Of a DNA stretch of 64,000 nt, positions 52,120-64,000 are shown piece by piece (position 1 is the first letter of the stretch; each line of letters opens with the position of its first letter). Where the stretch lies: contig CM059432.1 in assembly GCA_030390025.1 (NCBI GenBank), forward strand, positions 130,078,001 through 130,142,000, written 5' to 3'. The stretch comes from Squalus acanthias. Taxonomy: Eukaryota. The notes under the pieces are model-generated. The model made no database searches. It saw only the letters and a list, made by a program, of their open reading frames with translations, and was not told the DNA's origin. The position numbers were made by a program, and so were the translations under genes.

Positions 52120-54277
52120 AAAGGAAGACAAAAAAAATAGTGAGAGCTGCAAAAAGGGAATACAAAAAGAAACTTACGAGGAATATCAAGATTAACACAA
52201 AAAGTTTTTACAATTATATTAGAAGGAAAAGGGTAGTCAAGGGTAATGTGGGCCCTTTAAAAACAGATGGGGTAATATTGCAAGTGAAAATAAGGAAATG
52301 GTACACTTGTTGAATAATTACTTTTATGTCAGTCTTCACAGTAGGAAAAGAGGATAATATACCTGTCATTCCAGGGAAATGAATAATGAATCAAGGACTC
52401 AAACTCACTAAAGTTAACATAAGCAAGGAAACAGTAATGGCAGAAAAAATAATGGCACTACAGATTGACAAATCCCTAGGACCTGATAGTTTGCACCCCA
52501 GGGTTTTAAAGGAAGTAGGTGAAAATATTTCAGCTGCTTTATTCATAATCTTCCAAAGCTCTCTCGATTCAGGAATTGTCCCTTTAGATTAGAAAATTGC
52601 AAATGTAACTGCATTATTTAAGAAAGGTGAGAGTGAGAAACCATGGAATTATAAACCTGTTAGTCTAACATCTGTTGTGAGGAAGTTATTAGAATGTATA
52701 ATTAAGGACAGAGTGACTGAGCACTTAGAGAAATTTAAGCTGATTAGAGAGAGCCAACACGGATTTGTAAAGGGTAGGTCGTATCTAATGAACCTAAATG
52801 ATTTTTTTTGAGGAAGTAACTAAAATAGTAGTCAGAGGAATGTCTATGGATGTAGTTTATATGGACTTCCGATAAGGTTCCACATAAGAGACTGTTAGCT
52901 AAAATTAAAGCTCATGGAATTGAAGGCAAATTATTGACCTGGTTAGGTGATAGAAGACAGAGGGTAGGGATAATGGGTATGTACTCGAATTAGAAACATA
53001 GAAACATAGAATCTAGGAGCAGGAGTAGGCCATTCGGCCCGTCGAGCCTGCTCCACCATTCAATACGATCATGGCTGATCATTCAAATCCAGTACCCTGT
53101 CCCTGCTTTAATCCCCACAGTACACATATCCCACCCTACCCCCGTAACCCCACGTATTTAATTCCCCCTAACATATCCCATCCTATCCCCATAACCCCAC
53201 ATATTTAATCCCCCCCTAACACTAAGGGTCAATTTTATCATAGCCAAATCAACCTAACCCGCACATTTTTGGAATTGGAAGGAAGTGACTAGTGATGTCC
53301 CACAAGGATCTGTGCTGGGGCCTCAACTATTCACTACATTTATTAATGACTTAGCTAATCCAATGGAGAGCCATATATCCAAGTTTGCTGATGACACAAA
53401 GATTGGTGGTACAGTAAGTAGTGTAGAAGGGAGCATAAAACTACAAAGTGACATTGATAGATTAAGTGAGTGGGCGAAACTGTGGCAGATGGATTTAAAT
53501 GCAGGTAAGTGTGAGGTCATTAATTTTGGACCATAAAAGGATAGATCTGAGTATTATTTAAACAGTGAAAAGCTAGGAACAGTGAAGGTTCAAAGAGATT
53601 TAGGGGTCCATGTACACAGATCACTAAAATATATTAGTCAGGTATAAAAAGCTAATGGAATGTTAGCCTTTATATCTAGAGAGCTAGAATATAAAGGGGA
53701 GGAAGTTCTGCTACAACTATACTAAGCCCTGGTTAGACCACATCTGGAGTACTGTGTACAGTTCTGGGCACTTTACCTTAAAACGGATACTTTGGGCTTA
53801 GAAGGAGTGCAGCATAGATTCACCGGAATGTTACCAGGGCTCCAAGGGTTAGATTATGAGGAGAGATTACATAAACTAGGCTTGTATTCCCTAGAATATA
53901 AAAGGTTAAGTGGTGATTTGATTGAGGCTTTCAGGATTTTGAAAGGAATTGGTGGGAAAGATAGAGAGAATCTTTTTCTGCTGGTGGGGGAGTCTAGGAC
54001 ACGGGGACATAACCTTAAATCAGAGCCAGGCCATTCAGGAGAGAAGTTAGGAAACACTTCTTCACTAAGGGTGGTAGAAGTGTGGAACTCCCACAAAAAG
54101 CGATAGATGCTAGCTCAATTAATGCTTTTAAATCTGAGATCGATAGATTTTTGCTGGACAAGAGTATAAAAGGATATGGAACCAAGACAGGTGGATGGGG
54201 TTAAGAGACAGATCAGCCATGATTTCACTGAATGGCATACAGGCTTGAGGGGCTGAATGGCCTACTCCTGTTCCTAT
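52120..54277 (+). mobile_element. Degenerate CR1 LINE
   Basis: ORFs 52386-52592, 53285-53536 (FADDTK) and 53792-54106, plus tail. Confidence 0.92.
52992..53271 (-). mobile_element. 5'-truncated HE1-like SINE with CR1 tail, nested in CR1
   Basis: GAATT TSD (52987-52991 and 53272-53276); CR1-type tail plus V-SINE-like core CACTAAGGG...ACCTAACC.GCACAT. Confidence 0.7.
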
Positions 54278-54291
54278 ATAGATATAGATAG

Positions 54292-54791
54292 AGGAGATGA
54301 TTTTCAACTATCGGCCACCCGCTACTGACCTGAAAATCAGCAGCCCGCAATAGAAATGTGGGGTTCACCTCAACCGGCCCATTGGTGTCCAAGGTGAGAG
54401 GTTGTGTAAATACACAAATCAGGGTCCCCGTGCTGGAGAAACTATTCACTTTTTTCTTTGGTGGGGCCAAAGAGGAGCCTAAATGCTCCTCATGGGCTCC
54501 CAAAAATCTCTGGCCCATTCAAGGCCCCCTCTCCCTGGATGGTCTTCCACCCAACCCAGGCCTGAGCTACCAACTGTCTCGGCACGGGAGCCGGCTGGTT
54601 TCCCGCTCTCCCAGAACCAGTGAGCTGCGACGTTGCATCCGCTTGGTGCCTGCAGCTCACCGGTGGCACGCTAATGAGGCCCGGCCTCAAATTGACTCAG
54701 GCCGCACGCTGCCACAAAACGGGCAGGTGGAGCCTCCTGCCACTCCACCGACTCTGCGCCCACTTTGGGAACTACTTAAAAACCGCCCCCC
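54292..54791. mobile_element. Probable Harbinger-like MITE
   Basis: GC-rich block with imperfect ends GGAGATGATTTT...AAAAACCGCCCC. Confidence 0.45.
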
Positions 54792-55002
54792 AAAAACCAT
54801 GAACTGCGAACGTCAGTAGATGTAGCGTCACATCGTTCAAGAACGACTGGATTAGATTTGAAATTATATTTTTATCCAAGTTTGCGGACTTCAAATAAAA
54901 GAGGAGAAAAGCGAAAGTGAGGCAGAAAATCAAACAAATATCCATCACAAACTTTATCAGTTTTACCAACTATTTCCTCACAATTCAAATGCTGGCAGCG
55001 TG

Positions 55003-55703
55003 GGGCTGGATTTTATGAATGGAGATGTGTTGGAGGCGGGACTGCTGCTTGCCCAGTTTCAGTCCCGCCTCCATCAGCTTCTGGACAACCAGCTCTGTGA
55101 AGCTGTCAAACACTGACATTCTGTGTAGTTTGATGAGTCCTTGTGTTCAGGACTCATCAAACCTTTCTACTTTGCAGAAATCAGCTGGCTGTTGGATCGG
55201 AGGTTGCAACAGCCAGTCTGTGATATCTACAATGGAGATGTCGGGACTCCGACTCCACAGCGGCTGAAGGCTGTAGGTAGAAACAAGGGTAAGTTAACAT
55301 TTTCTAACACTTTACACTCGCCTCACATACTTACCGCTCCACACTTGCACCCATCACTCACCTCTACATCGCACTTTCAGACCCCTCCGACCCCCGCAGA
55401 CCTCCTACTCGGCTCCTACAACCCGGTGGGGTTCCCCCAGGTTGGGAAGCCTGCACTTCAGCACGAAAAATGGGGATAATCCTATTTTCTGCCTGTTAAC
55501 TACCTGTTAGCAGGCAGTTAATAGGCTTTAATCCCTTCCCACCTCCAAGGAGACGGGACCCGGGGCAGGACGGCTTCCCGCCTCCTGGCAAGAGGGCACG
55601 GTGGCAGGTTGGGGACGGGTTTGCCACCCGCCCCCAAATTCTGCAACTTTCCCGGCAGTCCCGCCTCCATACCCGCCTCCTCGGGGCTGAGAAAATCCAG
55701 CCC
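55003..55703. mobile_element. Harbinger-type MITE
   Basis: TIR GGGCTGGATTTT / AAAATCCAGCCC; TSD imperfect. Confidence 0.8.
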
Positions 55704-56046
55704 CATGTTATGGTGCATTTTCAGCAACTAAGGCTAGAAACTGCTTTTGCTGATGTTATCAGGGAAATACTCGATGTCTGGCATTGATTATGTCTGTTAT
55801 TTTAACAGAAGCGGGAACCCCTCTTTTTTTTAAATGGCTCAACACCGCCTCTGAAACAGCAGAGAAATGTCACACAAACGTGTCAAGAGTTTGTCTGCTC
55901 ACATCACCACGTCGGAGAGCTCAGATTATAGGTTGTATTCGAGGGTTAGTTATTTCAAATCAGTTCAAATAACTTGTACCATAATGTGGGCAATGCAGAA
56001 ATTGTACTGTCAAGAATGGTGAATGAGAAAAATAAGTAAAAGTAAA

Positions 56047-56781
56047 GGCTTGGAAATTGGAACATTTAGCGCTGGCCGTTAAGGCCGGTTTTGAAGAAAA
56101 AATGGCGGCCACCTCGCTTCCGCCCACTTCTGGCACGGAACGTGATGGCAGCCATATTGGGCAGGTCGGCAGCACTGCCGTTGGCTGCGCTCACCGCAGG
56201 TATTTTAATTAACAGGAGCGTGACGTCACTTAATGTGCAATCCCGAATTGACGCACGCTCAGCGATTTTGGACATTGCCGCTCCTCTTACCGCCCTCTCC
56301 AAAGCACGTCCATGTGTGCAGCCGTTGACAGCGCATAGAGCCGTGAGAACGCGGCGGTGAGCTATCAACTTACTTATAGTATGGTAGACATTCTGTACAA
56401 TTCACATTTACCGTGCTACTTTTAAATACGTTACAGCCAAATAACTGACTTCAATTGACTTTCAGTTTATTGCAAAAATTCTTTAATATCATCCAGATCG
56501 AGCTGGCTTTTTTTTCGCTGTTGCTTAATTTAATTTCTTTTTAATCTTTTCATCAAGATCCAGGTTACATCAAGAAAATGCTGATGAACCTGCTAAACAA
56601 AGAAATATTAAGATTTATAGAGCATTTTTTAGTTCTTATTGAAAGATAGCGTTGCACGGGAGCTTCTATGCTGCGCTCATTTAAATCAGCAGGCAGCACC
56701 AAAATACTCTTTTGCGGGCGGCCGTTAACCTTGGCCCGCGATAGCACCGCCCGTTTTCGGCCTTAAGCGAATTTCCAGGCC
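56047..56781. mobile_element. Harbinger-type MITE related to the ends of 38624-40837
   Basis: GGCTTGGAAATT...AATTTCCAGGCC; shares TTTAAATCAGCAGGCAGCACCAAAATAC with ~40621-40648. Confidence 0.82.
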
Positions 56782-58282
56782 ATAGAGTTTTGTTAATCTT
56801 GTGATTGATAACTTGCATTGTATGGGTGAATATGTAGGTAATACAGACAATTTCAAGACTTAAAGGTTTTGCTCAATGAAAGACAACAGGATTTTTCTCT
56901 ACAGTCTTGTGACCACAACATTAATATAGATTCAAGTTAATGTGATACAGACAGTTTCTGGTATATTTGTTTAGATGAATAAGGGGAAAATAAAAGGGGA
57001 TTTATTCACTCTAGTCTTGTGGTCAGCAGTATTGAAGTTTGTATAGATAAAAATTAATTTGAAGGATACAATTTCTGGCACAATTATCCAGCTCAATGAA
57101 AGATAGAACTAGTCTTGTGACTGATAATATAGTACTGCATAGCAACAAATTAATCGATAAAGTTGCATTATTGTACTAATTATTTTGGCACCTTGGGCAT
57201 GTCCTCTGGCTGAATCATCTTTCATTAAAAATGATTGGCAGCAATGGATTTATTTGCTATGCTTAGTCCAATTTCCTGAAATGACATTAAAATTGTAGTA
57301 GCTTAAGATATTTACAGCTGAACACCATTCACCTCAATTCTGGAAGATCTTGGAGGTGAAGAAGACTTTGAGCTAAAGAAGATTTGGGAGTGAAGATAAA
57401 GAAGAAGATTGCCGTGCAGGAAGATGATGGCGAAATCAGAATCAACACATCATCAAAACAAACTGAATTGTTTGACATTCGGCTAATCTTAACCTGAAAG
57501 TATACTGCTGGTACTTTGAACTTTGCCAAGTACATGCTATAACCTTGAAAGCTGAGTTTAATATTAGCACGGGGTTAAACCGGGCTAACGCTGTAAAATT
57601 GCAGGATTCTGTCGAATATATTAAATATAAGCCACTTTTACCGTAATCATTGATAGTGAATGTTACAATGGTGACAGCTGCAGTGTTATACATGTAGTTA
57701 AATAAAGTAGCTGTTAATAGTAAATTGAGTTTTGTGTCATGTCCTTGAGGTCTGTTAGGAGTTACGATTAAATGTTTGCAGTACATGTCAATGTTAACCA
57801 CTGGCTGTAATCGTTCTTTGAGTGAGTCGGTTTCGGTTGAACGGCTTTCTGAGCCAAAAAGCATCTCATATAAAACCCTAGTCATAAATGATAAATCCCA
57901 ATCCAATTCTTTATATGGGATTTCAATTCAAGTCTTCCAATAGTCAACAGTAGATTTAGGAATTTGATCATTTTGAGATGTTCTGACATTCATTCAGTCT
58001 TGTTGATAAAATATTGATTAAACTGCACCATAATAACAACAAATCCATTAAACTGGTTGTTAAAAAAACATCAACAACTCGTCAATAAAATTTTAGAACA
58101 GAGAATATGTCACTAAACAACACACGGTACTCATAACGCAGCACGGGGCCATTGGAAGCCCACTGCCCCTTCACCTATGGCCTTTGACATACCGGCTGGT
58201 CCGTATGTTTCACAGCTGGTCAGTTCTAGTATGTTGCCAGTACTGGAATTCAATGATATTCCTTCACTATGGCACTATTCAA

Positions 58283-58527
58283 GAAGAACATTGGAGTTCT
58301 CCCCCGGTGTCCAGGTCAACATTTATCCCTCAACCAAAACACTAAAACGGATTATCTGGTCATTTGTCTCATTGCTGTTTGTGGGAGCTTGCTGTGCGCA
58401 AATTGGCTGCCGTGTTTCCCTACATTACCACTGTGACTACACTTCAAAAGTACTTCATTGGGTGTGAAGCGTTTTGGGACGTCCTGAGGTTACGAAAGGT
58501 GCTGTATATACCCAAGTTCTTTCTTTC
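58283..58527 (+). mobile_element. Deu-domain SINE 3' half
   Basis: TTGCTGTTTGTGGGAGCTTGCTGTGCGCAAATTGGCTGCCG core and tail. Confidence 0.82.
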
Positions 58528-58699
58528 TGTATCATGTTCAATTTTGTGGCAAATGCAATAACACTAGTCTGCATAACCTTTGCACTGATGAACTGCACAC
58601 TTGAACAGGCACTGAAATTGCCCCTTTCCACCCTCTGTCTTCACATAGCCTCACTTTGCATGTCAGCTGCTGCATCAATACTGACGGCCAGCTGTTCAA

Positions 58700-60210
58700 T
58701 TTTACCGTAATGTGAAGCCTCACTGCCTCGGACATCTCCATCACTGACAAAGTAATTTCTGATGACTCCCTCCTTTTCCTCATCATCCATTTCTCCTGGC
58801 CGACCTTCCAGCTCCACTGCCCTCATGCTCTACGCCTGGAAAAAATAACTATCTTGCAGCTCCCTCAGGAGCACCCCATCTCGAACTTTCAACTCTCACC
58901 TCCTCTGGTCCTCCACCTGCCATAACACCAGTACCTCTGCCTGTTCACCAGCTCCCTTGCTTCCATTTTCAGGGCCCTCATCCATACCAAGTCCTTCAAA
59001 GTCGACCACACCTGCAGTTCTTCCAGTAAAATTCCCACCTTTGCATCATTTGATGGCCACACGCTTCCGCACACACCTAACATGCAACTTTCTTGTTCAC
59101 CCCCCGCTGAACTAGCTTAACCACCTCAAGCAACATCATCTCTCCCTCTCCACGGTCAAAACCTCTTACTGCTCGAGGACTATGTGAGAGGATATAACAA
59201 TCTCAAATTCATTTTCTCCAAGACAAACCTCATTTTTGATCCCTTACCTTAGGGTAGTGGAAATCTGGAGCTCTCTGCCTCAAAAAGCTGTTGAGGCTAG
59301 GTCAATTGAAAATTGGGATAGATTTTTTTGTTAGGTCAGGGTTTTAAGGGATATGAGCTATGGCAGGTAAATGGAGGTGAATTATAGATCAGTCATGATC
59401 TAATTGAATGGCAGAACAGGCTCGAGGGACTGAATGGCCTCCTCCTGTTCCTATGTAAGGAGCTCATGGATTTCTTCATCTCCAAATATGTGGCTATCTC
59501 TCACCTGCCTCAGCTTCTTCTCCTTACATGTCATCTCACCGCCTTCTCATCTATGCCCTTGTCACCTTCAGGCTTGACTAGTCCAAGACTCCACGGCAGC
59601 CTCCCAAACTCCACCCTACCGAAACTATACATTCAAAACTCTGCCACCCATATCCTATCCCATCCTAAATCCACTTGTCCCTTCCCTTGTCAATGTTCAA
59701 TGACTTGCGCCCCTCCCTCCACCCCCATGCAAAACTGGTTGCAAAACTTTCATCCTCATTTTCAAATCTTATCCTACTCGATCTCTACGTAGGAGCATTA
59801 GGAACAGGAGGAGGCCATTCAGCCCCACGGGCCTGCTCTGCCGTTCAGTTAGATCATGGCTGATCTGCACCTCAACTCCATTTCCTGCATTTGCTCCATA
59901 TCTCTTGATATATTTACCTTTGCCTCAGCTTGTAGCCTTCACTCTTCAAAAGCTGGCTTTTGTGTGTCCCCTCCCTCTGTTCTACTAGTGGTGATGGAGT
60001 CTAGTTTCTAGAAATCTCAAAGCCCCTCCATTTTACAACAGCTCTGCCCACCTTCAAAAACTTCCTTCTAACCCATCTCTTCCAACCGCAACTTTGGTCA
60101 CCTTCCATAACTCTTCTTCCAACTCCTGTTGGGTTCTCCTCCCACCCTGTTCAAGCACCTTGGGATGCTTGGCTACATTAGTGGCCCTACAGAAGAACAA
60201 GTGGTTGCAG
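58700..60210. mobile_element. Old L2-like fragments with nested CR1 3' ends (59240-59456 +, 59789-59920 -)
   Basis: Pyrimidine-rich degenerate L2 sequence (IQNSATHILS) and recognisable CR1 tails. Confidence 0.6.
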
Positions 60211-62117
60211 TTGTCTTTTCTTGCTCATTTATGCATTCATTGCTGTAAATTCATGCTTAATGGCATATACGCTGGCAGTACTATTTTGGTCTGTGTGTTT
60301 TTGGAAACTGCTTGATGAGGGCAATGCATTACTAAAGTAGATCAAAGCAGATTTACATGCATGAAATTCTTTGAGCAATTCAAGCACTCAAGTGATTAGC
60401 CAACCTGCCGGTTCAGTCAATTATAGAATCAGTAAACAATGCCATAAGAGATTGTAATATGGATTCACTCACATTACTTTACAAGGATTTGAGATGATGA
60501 TTAAAACCAAAGCAATTTTAATATCTTAAACTAACTGGAAAACTGATCACCCTAAAAAGAAATATTGGAAGTGAATCAAGAGTGGGGCTGATTTTCCTGA
60601 CCTTTAATCACCCACCCCCCCAACGCCAGGAACTGCCTGGGTACCAAGGTCATAAAAATTAGGGCAGAGATCCGTTGTACCAAGTCTCTGCCCCTTCTTT
60701 ACATTTGGCCAAGATTTTCAGGGTTTCCACCAAGGGGTAGAACAGGCCCTGCATTTGCACCTGCAATAGCAACAGGCCCAGCTTTGGCGTAGAAATGAGG
60801 CAGAAGGGGATGTTGCAGCCTTCTAGCCTCAATTTCTTGAGCTTGCACCCAGGGCCATGCATATCTAGTGGTGCCCCAGGAAGGTGACAGTGGCCTTGCA
60901 CCAGAACCACCCCCCCCCCACCCCCGTCACATTGAAGTCTGAAAGGGTCTGTCAATATGGCAAAGAGAATCCAAAAGGTAAGCCAGAGCTTTTGTTTTCA
61001 TTGATCCACCAAATCTTTTATATAGAGGACAATTCTAGGTTGAGATTATATGGGACAAAGTTCACTGTGGTGTAGTTAGTGTGGAATAACACTCTCAAGG
61101 TTCACGGAAGGCTACAATAATTACATTATTTTGTCAATTGAAAGCAAAGTTTTAAGAAAAGTAGAGTGATCAACTACTTAGTAATCAACTGCAGATTATT
61201 CCTTAATGAACCTACAGTAATAATTGCATAGGCATCAATCCTATCCTGTGCATATCACACAACCAGGATATAGATGCACTTAAGTGGAAGCTAGATAAAC
61301 ACGAGGGAGAAAGGAATAGAAGGTTATGCCGATAGGGCTAGCTGAAGAGGGGTGTATAAAAACTATAACGAGTATCATAGAGTGGTGGCGATGCTGTGAT
61401 ACTTTAATAATCACATGACAGTACTGAACTATTCAGGTCTTACTCTTCTGATTTATGACCATTTGTTCCCCTAGTTTAGGCATCCATTTCTCTGTGTACC
61501 TCCTTCCTTTATATCCATTTTTTAATATGCAAATAAATATTTCATTTGGCTCATTTGTGCTGAAAACCAATTGCATAAAAGACTGCTACTAATTTGCTAT
61601 AGCATCCACCTGTAGTTATTCTTAGAACTTGCATTTATTCCTCCAACCTTCCCTCTGATTTTCTGCCCTTGCCCCCTTTTCTCCTGAAGGCAGTGGCAGG
61701 TGCTAAGCTACAGTGCCATGATTGGTGATGGTCTCACTCAAGTCGCCAATCCTCGTGCATCAGTCGGGCAGTAAATGTTTGGCCAATTGACTGCGAGGAA
61801 TAGGACAACCAAGCCCTGCCCTTTACTTGGCTTGGCTTCCGCAAATGCATTCTTATGGCAAGGACTGACGAACAGTGGTGAGGAACTCTTGAGGTCAATG
61901 AAAGGTCAAATAGGGCAGGGTATATAACGGGCAGCCAATTCCCTATCGCCAGCCGAACGTTAAAATCAGCCCTTATATAATTATTCTAGCCAGATTGCTT
62001 TGTGCAAAGTTTTATTTCCAAATAATTATAATTTTTCAGTCAATCTTTCATCACAGGTTGGGGTGAAAATGAGCATTTATTCCACACATTCAATGTTCAG
62101 AACATAACAGAACTCAC

Positions 62118-62164
62118 ACTGACTCCCTTTTTCAGACACGTGTCTTCTTGTAATTGCTTTCTCC
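62118..62164 (-). CDS. Putative 47-nt exon (REKAITRRHVSEKGSQ)
   Basis: Acceptor catttttgttaaataacag, donor gtgagt; ends in phase 1, compatible with 43950-43979. Confidence 0.55.
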
Positions 62165-62654
62165 CTGTTATTTAACAAAAATGAAAAATGTTCGAAAGGC
62201 ATTTTAGAGAAACTGCTGTGAGGGAGGAGATAGGTTTTAAAAATTATTTCATTGCCAAGCAAGAGGCCTGCTGCATCTTTAGCGCATAAACAAATTTCAA
62301 ACTAATCCAATAGTCAATGCAGTTAAGTTGTAAACATTCAGTAATATTAATCCAGTCCCGAATTCTCTTAAACAAGTTCAGTACAAGCTTATTAACTTCC
62401 CACGGCTTTTGCTGCATTATCTGAACTGTTTTAATTAAAACCTCACAATGGCTGACAGATAGCTTTCAGTGAGTGATCATTGCAGGCCATCTGCAGTTCC
62501 TATCCTCCTAAATGAATATTGGTAGCATAACAGATTTGTGACAATAAAATCACAGGATTCATGAGTACATGAATGGAAGAGTCAATCCGTCAGTCTCCTT
62601 TTGTCAGAAAGCAGCTGATAAAAGCAACTGCTTATGACACATCTTTGCAAATGA

Positions 62655-62914
62655 CATAGAAATTACAGTACAACTGGTCCATGCCGATGTTTATGCTCCA
62701 GACGAGCCTCTTCCCACCCTATTTCATCTAACCCTATCCTTCTATATCTTTCTCCCTCATGTTATTCACCTCAACTACTCCTTGTGGTAGCAAGTTCGAC
62801 ATTCTAACCATTCTCTGGGTAAAGAAGTTTCTCCTGAATTCCTTATTCGATTTATTAGTGACTATCTTAAATTTATGTCCCTTCGTTTTGAACGCCCCCA
62901 CAGGTGGAAACATC
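62655..62914 (-). mobile_element. Old CR1 3' fragment
   Basis: RRNFFTQRMV motif and tail. Confidence 0.7.
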
Positions 62915-63215
62915 GGGAGTTAAATTGGATAACCCCCGAAAATGAGTGTGGGAAACGCGGTATGCAATTAACTCACTCCCGTTCATTGCGTTGCAAGCAG
63001 CATGTTAAATTGGTGCTGCCTGTTGTTGATTGCTGCATATAGCCAGCACTACTCGCTCTGTTCATTGACTGCATGCATCAGCAGGGGGCCCGATATCGCG
63101 AGTGGCTAGCGCGACTTAAAGGCAGCCGGCGCCTCTTAAAGGGGAGGTGCATTGTGGCTGAAAGAAGTGGTGGGAGTCGTTTGAAAAATGAATCTGTGCT
63201 GTGATACTTTGAGGA

Positions 63216-63454
63216 ATGGCTGAGCATGCACCAAGGTTTTCTATCAATGCACTGGAGGTCTTAGTGGAATAAATGGAAAGAAGGAGATACATCCTGTATC
63301 CGCAGGGGGCCAGGCGGCCCTACAGACAGCTGCTCAGATGCAGACAGGAGGCAGTGGGGAAGAAGTAGTGGCGGAGGCCAATGCCAGGAGTGTTGCTCCA
63401 AGAACATGGATGCAGTGCAGGAAGAAGTTTAACGATCTGACACGAGTTGTCAAG
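63216..63454 (+). pseudogene. Harbinger Myb/SANT-like exon, disrupted
   Basis: MAEHAPRFSINALEVLVE*...RTWMQCRKKFNDLTRVVK|gtgagt, with a stop and a frameshift. Confidence 0.8.
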
Positions 63455-63614
63455 GTGAGTGATTTTATCTTCAAATAGTGAAGGGAAATCTATTTTAAAC
63501 ATCCCTGACAACAAGAAGAACTTTAATACAAAAGAGAACTTTTAATGATGGCTATACCACTTTAAAATGTAAATTGAGAACAGGAATATGGAGGAACATT
63601 TTTAACAGACATTA

Positions 63615-64000
63615 CTCAGATAGCCCTTGTCACCCAGCAGCCATCTGCTAGCTTGATGTGGTGGCTGGAAGAGTGTTGGCACACTGGTCTGGTGCAGGAT
63701 GAAGGCATTGTGGCTGCTGCCAGGATAGCGGGTATTGACGGTGAGGATGTGTTGTCTGTGGTCACACACCAACTGCACATTAAGTGAGTGGTAGCCTTTG
63801 CGGTTACGGAATACCTCAGGATTGTTATGAGGTGCCCGCAAAGCGACATGGGTGCAGTCAATGGCGCCCTGCACCATGGGGAAGCCCGCTATCCTGGCCA
63901 AGCTACATGCATGTTCGCACTGCTTCTCTCTGGTCAAGTAGAGAGCACCTGTGACCTCGCGGATGCAGCAATGGACGGCGAACTCAATATGTTAGATATG
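63615..64000 (-). pseudogene. Harbinger transposase fragment
   Basis: [18 protein letters not shown]...WLLGDKGY, truncated right after the second catalytic Asp. Confidence 0.9.

Larger units (their letters stand above)
62915..64000. mobile_element. Harbinger element, left part, internally deleted
   Basis: TIR GGGAGTTAAATTGG, Myb exon on + and convergent transposase on -. Confidence 0.8.

Noticed and set aside
3400..54096. Many 60-180 aa ORFs opposite CR1 RT frames
   Set aside because: Recurrent antisense shadows of LINE coding sequence.
55760..55850. Acceptor-like site (ttctctgctgtttcag) on the minus strand
   Set aside because: Joining to the upstream exon creates an immediate TAG and there is no good donor; unsupported without RNA data.

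Overview
Eukaryotic, transposon-saturated vertebrate DNA. The repeat repertoire (CR1/HER1-type LINEs, HE1-like and SacSINE1/Deu-like SINEs, Penelope pLTRs) points to a cartilaginous fish, probably a shark; this is inference. No prokaryotic-type system is present. Most of the window is repeats: about 15 CR1-group LINE fragments, L2 and Tx1 fragments, SINEs, one ~1.65-kb solo LTR, and many PIF/Harbinger DNA transposons. The Harbinger copies include one transposase broken by a single stop codon, Myb/SANT partner remnants and many MITE-like derivatives with 3-bp TSDs. Between the repeats, four small minus-strand exons (62118-62164, 43950-43979, 25261-25330, 24980-25010) splice in phase into the C-terminus of an unidentified host protein. 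The main observations are: (i) four minimal Penelope-type hammerhead ribozyme motifs, all on the minus strand, three of them inside one intron of that gene; (ii) a three-copy Harbinger derivative whose transposase core has been replaced by a Penelope-pLTR hairpin; (iii) an orphan, CpG-retaining reading frame near 57.3-58.0 kb. Family names come from recognising motifs by eye, not from database searches. Boundaries of old repeats are approximate.
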